64,000 nt of DNA from Guillardia theta CCMP2712. Lineage: Eukaryota > Protista > Cryptophyta. Positions within the stretch are counted from its first letter, which is position 1, and every line of letters begins with the position of its first letter. The translations under genes were made by a program, and so were the position numbers. Shown piece after piece: positions 1 through 9,200 of this stretch. The notes beneath the pieces are model-generated. The model was not told where the DNA came from. It made no database searches and saw only the letters and a program-made list of their open reading frames with translations. The stretch covers positions 40,611 to 104,610 of the forward strand of contig NW_005434624.1 in the NCBI RefSeq assembly GCF_000315625.1, given 5' to 3'.

Positions 1-51
1 TTGGATGCCGGGGAGGAAGCAGGCGAGCTCGGACCAGCAGCAAGCACCCCA

Positions 52-137
52 TAGGATTTACTGGCAGAAGGTAAAAAGTGCCTCAAGCAAAACAAAGCAG
101 GAACAAGCTGAACCGGCAGGCACACAGTCCACAGCGA
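52..137 (-). mobile_element. 5'-truncated 3' end of the retroelement (86 bp)
   Basis: CCA is duplicated at 49-51 and 138-140. The empty site CACCCC|AGTGGTGTCG is visible at ~1795-1810. Confidence 0.75.
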
Positions 138-541
138 CCAGTGGTGTCGAGCTCTCCGGAGGCACCCGACGTCACAGTGAGGGACGGAGACGCCTCGCCA
201 GCTCCGCGCCGATCGTCGGGGCCACTCGAAGGGTGTCCCCCATCGGAGTCGGAGACCTCCGGCGAAGACTCCTCGGGCGACTCGACAAAGTCCGAGGAGG
301 AGCTGTCCTCTGGCTCGAGAACTGCTTGCGCCCGCAAGGGCGTCATGCGCCTCGCACCAGACAAGAGCGCTTCCAGCGTCAGCTGCATAGCGAGGCGCTG
401 ATAGGTGGCGGCGCGTTTGCGAGCCAAGACCTCAGCAGCAGGTCCGTCATCAGGCACGAAGTGCCGACCAAACGCCGCATCCTCAAGAGGCATTGAGCGC
501 TGAGCAATGATGTCCGCGAGATACCAGATGAAGCGGAGGGT

Positions 542-972
542 ATAGGATTTACTGGCAGAAGGTAAAAAGTGCCTCAAGCAAAACAAAGCAGGAACAAGCT
601 GAACCGGCAGGCACACAGTCCACAGCGAGAAGCTGCACAATCACACACAAAACACAAGCCCGAAAAGAACCAGCACTGCTGGCACCCAGACGCGGCATCG
701 CCAGCCCAAGCGCGAAGCCGCGCAGACAAGCAGCCTAAGGGTCAGGCAATCAAGCAACAAGCAGCAGGAGCATGCAGGAGGAATAAAATCCCTTAGACGC
801 GATACCCGGAGGCAGCCGACTGACCACTGTCAGTCGAGACGTCCGCTGCCGGCACAAAGCGGGCGGCCGCGGACGGAGAAAGGGCAGCCGCCGACAAGGA
901 GCCGGCGCTGCCCGGCCCGGGGGTCCGCCTGGGGCAGCGGACGGAGGGAGGCTGGACACAGGAACACGGTAC
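542..972 (-). mobile_element. 5'-truncated 3' end of the retroelement (431 bp) inserted in the REL domain
   Basis: 8-bp TSD CGGAGGGT at 534-541 and 973-980. Excision restores ...LHPDTLR-FIWYLA... Confidence 0.9.
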
Positions 973-1212
973 CGGAGGGTGTCAGGATGCAGGGTACCGT
1001 CCGTCGAGATGGCAAGAGGGATGAACGCTCGAGGAGGAGTAGTCATGGCATATGCAGCGCGATGTTTGCGAATCTTCTCAGACGCTGCAACATGGAGGGC
1101 GTCGAGGTTGACCCCCCCCCACTTGGTCAGGTCGGCAGAGCTACCAATGTAAGGGTGGACCAACGTCACGTCCGCCATCAAGCCCTCGTACTGCTCGGAC
1201 CCTCGATCGCGG

Positions 1213-1825
1213 TATAGGATTTACTGGCAGAAGGTAAAAAGTGCCTCAAGCAAAACAAAGCAGGAACAAGCTGAACCGGCAGGCACACAGTCCACAGCGA
1301 GAAGCTGCACAATCACACACAAAACACAAGCCCGAAAAGAACCAGCACTGCTGGCACCCAGACGCGGCAGCGCCAGCCCAAGCGCGAAGCCGCGCAGACA
1401 AGCAGCCTAAGGGTCAAGCAATCAAGCAACAAGCAGCAGGAGCATGCAGGAGGAATAACATCCCTTAGACGCGATACCCGGAGGCAGCCGACTGACCACT
1501 GTCAGTCGAGACGTCCGCTGCCGCCACAAAGCGGGCGGCCGCGGACGGAGAAAGGGCAGCCGCCGACAAGGAGCCGGCGCTGCCCGGGGGTCCGCCTGGG
1601 GCAGCGGACGGAGGGAGGCTGGACACAGGAACACGGTACCGCTCGAGGTAGTCCTCCTCGCTAGCCTCCGAGTCAGCGGTAGCCGAGTCAGTGGTAGCCG
1701 CCCGTGACGGCGGCGACGCCGCGGCAATGCCCAAGGACCGGCGTGACCCGACCGATGCCGGGGAGGAAGCAGGCGAGCTCGGACCAGCAGCAAACACCCC
1801 AGTGGTGTCGAGCTCTCCGGAGCGC
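1213..1825 (-). mobile_element. 5'-truncated 3' end of the retroelement (613 bp; ORF tail ending at 1465 plus ~250 bp 3' UTR)
   Basis: 5-bp TSD CGCGG at 1208-1212 and 1826-1830. Excision restores ...IPGIR-DRGSEQYEGLMADVT... Confidence 0.85.
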
Positions 1826-2220
1826 CGCGGATTCCAGGAATGTGGATATCGCCCTTCATCTTGCGGCCATGAGGATGGGAGGGTACCTGCCGTCGAGAAC
1901 GAGGATCCCCGACTGTATCGATGACGCTCTGAAGACCAGCTTCGTTCAGCATCGACCGAATCGTACGAGTAAGGTTGTCATGCGCCGTGGGAAGCTTGGA
2001 GGATCGGCGTTTTCAGGTCTGGAGATGATGTGCAGCAACGGAGGGATCGAGCTCGCGCTGACATCCATCACATTCCGTCGGACACTGGCAGATCGGCATG
2101 CCATGGAGATAGCAGTCGAGCATCTGAGCATAGCGGTGCGGGAAGGCCTTGAGGGGGTAGTAGCGAAGATGGTAGACTGCAAGACCCTATCCTGCGACTG
2201 GAGCGAGAGTGTCCTGCGGC

Positions 2221-2257
2221 GTCATAGGATTTACTGGCAGAAGGTAAAAAGTGCCTC
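2221..2257 (-). mobile_element. Minimal 37-bp 3'-end insertion
   Basis: The homologous empty site GCGGC|TGTGCAAGGT is present at ~3582-3596. Confidence 0.75.
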
Positions 2258-2339
2258 TGTGCAAGGTGAGGATATCACGCTGCTGATCGTTCAGCGCAGC
2301 GCGAGCATGCACATGGCGAGGGAAGACGCGCATGACAAG

Positions 2340-2378
2340 GTTAGTGGATTTACTGGCAGAAGGTAAAAAGTGCCTCAA
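2340..2378 (-). mobile_element. Minimal 39-bp 3'-end insertion
   Basis: 9-bp TSD CATGACAAG (2331-2339) / CACGACAAG (2379-2387), one transition mismatch. Confidence 0.7.
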
Positions 2379-2803
2379 CACGACAAGAGGGGTCACATTT
2401 CGCTGCGCAGGGGGAGGAATGAAGTGCTCATGAGACGAGTCGACGAGAGCGCGCAAACCAGGAATGTGTACCACAGATGCCGGGGGGCGTCCTGCGTCAT
2501 CAGGCACAGCAGCCGGGGCAGGTGGGATCGCCGCGCCATCTCACTTTAGTGGATTTACTGGCAGAAGGTAAAACACGACGGTAGAGGATCGCTCCAGCAT
2601 TATGAACGAAGTCGTGCGCCTCAACGAAGAAGGTCGCTAGAGGATACTTCTGGGCACGGAGAGATCTCGAGCAGTGAACGTCCAGGCTATGAGGAGAGGG
2701 CAGCGTCCGGGACATCGGCTGGTCAGAGGGTCTGAGCAGTACGAGGGCTTGATGGCGGACGTGACGTTGGTCCACCCTTACATTGGTAGCTCTGCCGACC
2801 TGA

Positions 2804-3362
2804 TAGATGGATTTACTGGCAGAAGGTAAAAAGTGCCTCAAGCAAAACAAAGCAGGAACAAGCTGAACCTCCTGGCTCACAGCGCACAGCGAGAAGCTGC
2901 ACAATCACACACAAAACACAAGCCCGAAAAGAACCAGCACTGCTGGCACCCAGACGCGGCAGCGCCAGCCCAAGCGCGAAGCCGCGCAGACAAGCAGCCT
3001 AAGGGTCAAGCAATCAAGCAACAAGCAGCAGGAGCATGCAGGAGGAAGAAAATCCCTTAGACGCGATACCCGGAGGCAGCCGACTGACCACTGTCAGTCA
3101 CGGCGAGACGTCCGCTGCCCGGCCGCCACAAAGCGGGCGGCCGCGGACGGAGAAAGGGCAGCCGCCGACAAGGAGCCGGCGTTGCCCGGGGTTCCGCCTG
3201 GGGCAGCGGACGGAGGGAGGCTGGACACTGGAACACGGTACAGCGGTAGCCGAGACCAACACCGCCCGTGACGGCGGGCAATGCCCAAGGACCGGCGTGA
3301 CCGTGACCCGACCGATGCCGGGGAGGACTTGAAGCAGGCGAGCTCTGACCAGCAGCAAGCAC
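2804..3362 (-). mobile_element. Diverged ~560-bp 3'-end copy of the retroelement
   Basis: Colinear with 1217-1800 apart from indels, then joins sequence homologous to 1966 onward. Confidence 0.8.
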
Positions 3363-4019
3363 CGAGTAAGGTTGTCATGCGCCGTGGAAAGCTTGGAGGA
3401 TCGACGCTTGCAGGTCTGGAGATGACATCCATCACTGGCCATTGCGTCGGACAGGCTGGCAGATCGGCAGGGCTAGTAGCTCGAGACTCGCATCGGAGAG
3501 TGGCGCTCAGGAAAGTGAGCGAACTTTTGCGAAGATGGTAGACTGCAAGACCCTATCCTGCGACTTGAGCGAGTATGTCCCGCGGCTGTGCAAGGTAAGA
3601 ATATCACGTGGGCTGGCGGTGCCGGGTCTGCTGACAGTTGCCAGCCGAATGTTCCAGCCGAATGTTCTAGCAGTGCTGGTTACTTTTGGTCTTGTTTTTT
3701 GTGTTTGTTTGTGCAGCTTCTCGCTGTGGCGCTGTGACAGAGGGAGGAGCACGGTACCGCTCGAGGTGACGCAACACCAGCGACGCCGCATCAATGCCCA
3801 CTGGACCGGGGCTGGGCGGCATCGGAAGCAGGCGCCGCCCGCGAGCTTTTCGGTCGAGATGGCAAGAGGGATGAACGCTCGAGGAGGAGTACGGTAGTCA
3901 TGGCATATCAAACGCGATGTTTGCGAATCTTCTCAGACGCTGCCAACATCATGGCATGGAGGGCGTGTATGAGGGCGTTCACGTCCCCTGCTGTGCCGGT
4001 ATCACGGTGGTCGTTGCTT

Positions 4020-4184
4020 GCCGGGGGCCTCTCTGCTGTACGGTCTACGTGGCTTTCCGCGTGGGCTGGCGGTGTAGGGTCTGGTTGCCAGCAGTGCTGG
4101 TTACTTTCGATCAGGCTTGGGACGGTTCGTGTGTTTGAGCTTGTTGCTCTCGGACAGGCACTTTCTACCTTCTGCGAGTAAAAC
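4020..4184 (+). mobile_element. Inverted, diverged 3' UTR copy (a related fragment lies at ~3607-3730)
   Basis: AGGCACTTTCTACCTTCTGCGAGTAAA is a near match to the reverse complement of the 3'-end motif, and CCAGCAGTGCTGGTT is shared. Confidence 0.7.
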
Positions 4185-4199
4185 TCAGTACAGACGTCA

Positions 4200-5960
4200 C
4201 TGGCATTGATGGACGGAGAGGCTTCACCAGCTTCACTCTTGATTGCCGGAAGCTGCTCGGAGGCCCAACCGTTGGCTTAGCAAGTTCAGAAACTGACTCG
4301 ACACTGAGATAATTAAGCCCGCCTCGGATCACACATGGGCTCATCCGTTATACCCGTTACGTGAGTGTCAAAGGTTCCGAGAATGGCGCGAGCGTTTCCA
4401 GCAATCCTGCGAGCCATGGAAGAGCTGAAGGAGATGGTGAGAGGAGAGCGAAGAGATGAGCGGAAGGCTGTACGTGATGATAAGCAGGAGCACGAGTCTC
4501 AGAGTCGATATGATCCCTTGGTCAAGGTCAATCTGCACCGGGAGGTGGGGGTGGTTGTGAGCTGAGAGCATGCAGGGCACGAGGAAGAAGCACAGGTTCA
4601 TCTCATGCATCGAGAGGTCAGAAGGCTCTTCAAGGTTCTCGCCCATCAAACGCTTCCATCCCCAGCCTATCACTTACATGTTGCCTTGAAATCGGCCAGG
4701 TCAAGATCTCCCGTTGCCTCTACTAAGGTGTGAGGCTAAATTCATTCCTCCTTCACTCAGTGAGTGACTGCAGGTCAAGTACGAGCGTCAAGCGCGTGAG
4801 GAGGGAGGTGAAGAGATCAGTGGATGGCGGTCTGAATGGTTGGGAGGAAAACTCATTCCAGGTGAGACTCTACGCTTGGTCACGATCTTGTCCCTCAGTT
4901 GAGATGTCTGGCAGGAATGGAGTGGAGGAGGCAGCGTAAACAAGGCGCTGCGAGGGAAGGCGAGAGCAGGAGATTACCTGAGATCACAACGTTGAGCCCT
5001 AGCATGAAGAGTCACAAGCTCATCAAGTTTGATCCGATCGGTGAGAGAAGGAAATGCAAGGAAGGATGAAGATATTTTTGTGATGAAGTGAGGGGACGAC
5101 GACGACGTTGATGTCGATTATGACGAAGAAGAAGACGACTGCGATAATGATGATACGACCACCTCCAACGTGTCAACAACGATTGTGGTGGTGGTGGTGG
5201 TGGTGGTGGTGATGACAACGGTATAGTTGATGACGATGATGATGATTTGAATTAGTATGAGGGTTTGGAGGGAGAGGACGAGGAAAAGTAGGCATGAGAT
5301 CTAGCTAGTCAAGCTCATTCTTATTTGAAGGTGCTGGACTGCATGACAGTGACATCTGGGATCTCTGGTGCTAGTGCTGTGCCATTAGCTGATACTGACA
5401 AACTTGCCAGCGAGGAAGAAGTTGCACGACGGATTCCAGCTCAGATCCAGCAGTACGAGGAGTTGTTCAAGAAGATAGTACGAGAGGCTGCGCAAGTCAT
5501 ACCTGACCCTTCTCTCTAGAGGCACAGCACCAAAATCCTCGCACAGCTGGGAGTGAGCCCGCCGGACGTATCGACAGACACGTTTCGTTCGAGTTCCATC
5601 CAAGAAGCTGAGGTGAGGCGAATAAAGAGACGAGGAGGTGAATTTTCTTGACGCCAGCTGTAGTCTCGAGCAGCAAAATGGTGGAGGAAATTGAAGGAGG
5701 AGGAACAGCAGCAGGAGGTAGCTTGAGTTCAACCTTTTAGCCTGTATGAAAGAGGGAGCAGGAGACTCAAAGAGACCTGCTCTTTGCCGAGACGATTCGG
5801 AGGCGAGGAAAGCGAGCAGGGAAATACTTCCAGGTAAACATGCCTCGCTACTCTCACTCTTCTCTCCCCCTTTCCTCTTATCCCTGCCTGCAGCTGGAGC
5901 GAGCCTCTCACAGCAAGTCGACCTCCCCTGCTCCCTCCCTCGATCGGTGAGTTGAAATTC
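4200..5960 (+). CDS. Hypothetical multi-exon protein (boundaries uncertain)
   Basis: Short coding-like segments bounded by GT/AG, e.g. VLDCMTVTSGISGASAVPLADTDKLASEEEVARRIPAQIQQYEELFKKIVREAAQ. No domain recognised. Confidence 0.35.
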
Positions 5961-6279
5961 TTCTTGCTCGTCTGATCTTGATCACGCAGGACGTTGAGCC
6001 GCCTGTAAAATCATCCCAACACTTTTCTCTCCCCTCCTCTTCTTTCCTCTGTTTCCCATTGACTTTGTCCTCGCCCTTACACTTTCACAGCTCCTTTGCT
6101 GCAAAGACTCTTTGAACTTCATGACAAGGACAATCCTGAAGGACGAGGGATGTGGAAAGGGAAGACAAGAAAGAGGAGGATGCGGTCTCTCCCTGGCCTC
6201 TTCATTCAGCTTGCTGTCACCTCCACAAGTGCGAGATGACATGTCGATCTGAACCAGTGACAACCTGCAACGATGCAGA

Positions 6280-9200
6280 TCAGAATGATGACAGGGAGAC
6301 CGAAGGCTTGGAAACGAGGGCAGTAGATAGGGAGGAAGGAACCTGGTTGATCATGTTGCTGAAGTTTTTCCCGATGTCTCGCATCCTCTCGTCGATGACG
6401 GCAAGACGATCAGGAGCAAAGCGGGACAGACTTTCACCCTCTGCCTTCCCGTCAAGCCTTAGAGATCTCGTGAGCATGGTCTAGGCGAGTGGTGGAGCCA
6501 TCACCTGCTCTCCTTCTCCTCAATCCCGCCGGACAGCAGCAGCCCTGCAGGAGACAGAACATGCGAGCAAGATGCAAGTGTGGGGGACTCTCGACAGGAA
6601 AGTTTCCACAAGGCAAGAAAGGAAGCCAAGAGGAGACAGTCTTTGAACTGCAGGACGATCAGAGTTGTCTCCTCCTGCCCCTTCCTCTATTCCCTACCTG
6701 CTGGCCTCCCTCGCCTCCTCTGCTCCCTCTGATACTGCGCTGAAGCATGCGGGAAGTGATCAGACAGCCTTGTGCTCGCAGTTCCATGGCCGTCATCTGC
6801 TCAGAGTTGAGTTGTGGGAGGAGGCAGGCGGCTTCTTACCGTCTGTAATTGTGATCGCCAGCGCAAGAAGGGAAGGAGCAGGATGAACCTGCGAGCCCGT
6901 CGCTCCGTGTAAGCGCAGAAACTTGCGAGGACACGAACGAGAGGAGAAGAAGAGACGGAGACGAGCGAGACTTGGAGCAGCAGCCGCGTCACTTGGCTTC
7001 CTCCTCTCCACATCCTTCGGACAGCCCAGGCAAGGAACGCGCGCAGCTTCAATCGAGCATCCACTCGACGGGCCATGGCATGCAGATGCTGCCACTCCCC
7101 CGCTACTCGTCGCTGGCAGGAGGAGCAGGAGGAGCAGGAAGCATCCTCAGTCTGTCGAAAGCCATCGCTACCTCCCTCCTCCCGCTCATGCAAGGGATGC
7201 GACGAGTACAAACGAGCATGGAGAGAAAGTTTTCCTCGCAGCACGAAGTTCTCCCGCATCTGATCCGAAAGTCTCTCAGCCTGCGCGTCATTTTCCTGCT
7301 TGTACCGCAGACATTCATCCTCAAGTTGATCCCTGTAGCTCTCCAGCTGGCTGATACGGTGGAGACATTCAGCTGGGGTCTTGCTGGCGTACGAGGAGGA
7401 AGGGGTCAAATTGAACTTTAAGCTTTCGATCCTCACGATCCTTAGCTGAGCCCTCGCGACTTCGCGGGTCAACCGATTCACTTCCTCCTGCAGCTTGACC
7501 TCCCTGCTCTGCTCCTGCTGCTGTCTCAGCTGGCTCTCTCGCGTCCGCCGGCTCTCCAGCCTCTCCCTCAGCTCGTCCAGATCGCTCTCGACCCGGCTGC
7601 TGGTCTCATGCAGCTCCCGCAGGAGGCGCGAAGTAAGATGGAAGAGCTGGAAGCTCTGCTCGTCTGCCAGGTCGACGGAGCCGAGCGGGAGGTCAAACGT
7701 TTCCTCGATGCACATCAGGCTCGCCGATCGGTTGACAAGGAAACCGAAATCGAAGGAAGGAACCGGAAGCACTCCTCCGGGCCCCAAGCTCTTGTTCACG
7801 TTGTGATGGGTTTGGATCCAGTTGGTCTTGAGCTGGGACAACAAAGATTCCATCTGCCCTGCAAACGAATCGCACAGAAGGAAAACTTGGAGCGTAAGGT
7901 TGACGTCGTTCGAGGCAGACGAACTGGAGCCCTTAAGCAGGTCAGCTGACCGCCCAGCCGATCGAAAAAGGGGAAGAAGAGCAGGAACAGGTGACGATCG
8001 AAGAGCATCGCGACGGACAGCATGAGAGAAACACAAGCGAGCCAGGTGAGACGAACGAGGGATCAAAACCTTCCGAAAACATCGACCCTCCTGCCGCCCG
8101 TCTCTCTCCGCCTCTCCCTCCGCCTCTCGCACTCGCAGCAGGCCCTCCACCGCCCTCCCCCGTGCTCGCCCGGCCTCTCCGACTGCCGCCCACGCCTCAA
8201 GCGCCTTGCCCAGCCTCTGCGTCCTCCCCCGCGCCTCAGCCCTCGCCCTCGCCCTCGCCCTTCTCCGCCCTTGCATGCTCCCTTCCTGCCATGCCCTCAC
8301 CAGCCGCCTTGCTTCTGCCTCCTCCTGCCGCCGTGCAAGCCTCGCAAGGATCCTCCTCCCCTCTGCCTTGCTCGCGCACTCGTCCTTCCATCCCGTCCAC
8401 GCTCGTCTCCTCGCCCCCTCGCCTCGTCTCGCCTCTCTTTGTCTGGTCTCTCTCCCTGTCCTCTGCTTCCACACGACCCTCTCTGCCCAGGCCTCCAGCT
8501 GAGCTTGCATCAAGCTTCTGACCTGGCGGTGAGGGGCGGCCTTTCCGTCGTCATTGCGCTCCTTTGCCCATCCCTGCCAAGCCTCGAAGTGCGCCCTCCT
8601 CTCCCGCCGCCCCCGACGATCTCCCAGCTGCCGCCCCAGGCGCATCTCCTCTGCCTTGGCCCTCCTCCTCAGCCTCCAGGCCCTTATGTACCCTCCCAGC
8701 CTCCGCCCTCCCAAGACCTCTCGTAGCCTCTCCCCCCTCTTGCTTCTCTCTTCCCTGTCTGCCAGCCCCGCTGCCAGCCCTTCCCACCCTCCTCGCATCA
8801 GCCCTAGCGCCTGGCGTGCCCCCCTCCTCTCAGCCTGCCGTCTCCTCTCCCGGCTGGCGGCCCATGCCCCCTTCCAGTCCCTGAACGCTTCCTCCTGCCG
8901 CCCTTCTCTCTCCGCCTCTCCCTCCGCCTCTCGCGCTCGCAGCAGGCCCTCCACCGCCCTCCCCCGTGCTCGCCCGGCCTCTCCGACTGCCGCCCACGCC
9001 TCAAGCGCCTTGCCCAGCCTCTGCGTCCTCCCCCGCGCCTCAGCCCTCGCCCTCGCCCTCGCCCTTCTCCGCCCTTGCATGCTCCCTTCCTGCCATGCCC
9101 TCACCAGCCGCCTTGCTTCTGCCTCCTCCTGCCGCCGTGCAAGCCTCGCAAGGATCCTTCCTCCCCTCTGCCTTGCTCGCGCACTCGCCTTCCATCCCGC

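Larger units (their letters stand above)
1..2220 (-). pseudogene. C-terminal part of the retroelement ORF (CCHC zinc knuckle + restriction-like endonuclease), interrupted by three self-insertions and a nonsense codon
   Basis: After removing the inserts, the frame reads CDGCQRELDPSVAAHHLQT(C>stop at 2013-2015)KRRSSKLPTAHDNL...KGDIHIPGIRDRGSEQYEGLMADVTLVHP...AASEKIRKH...FIPLAISTDGTLHPDTLRFIWYLA. The second copy near 3410 retains the Cys (HLQTCKRR). Confidence 0.85.
1..4190 (-). mobile_element. Cluster of nested and fragmented non-LTR retrotransposon copies, REL-endonuclease type (CRE/NeSL/R2/R4-like group)
   Basis: The 3'-end motif GGATTTACTGGCAGAAGGTAAAAAGTGCCTC starts at 54, 545, 1217, 2227, 2346, 2551 (truncated) and 2809, with a diverged inverted copy at 4156-4184. 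Minus-strand fragments encode a CCHC knuckle and REL motifs. Confidence 0.85.

Noticed and set aside
54-2840. CRISPR-like array of a 31-nt repeat
   Set aside because: Spacing is irregular (120-1000 bp), the repeat extends to variable lengths, copies have TSDs, the context is eukaryotic and no cas genes are present. Retroelement 3' ends explain it fully.
545-3060. LTRs or DIRS/Ngaro split repeats, and the repeated 75-aa MPQAKQSR ORFs
   Set aside because: There are no TG..CA ends, integrase or tyrosine recombinase. The ORFs are antisense readings of the 3' UTR.
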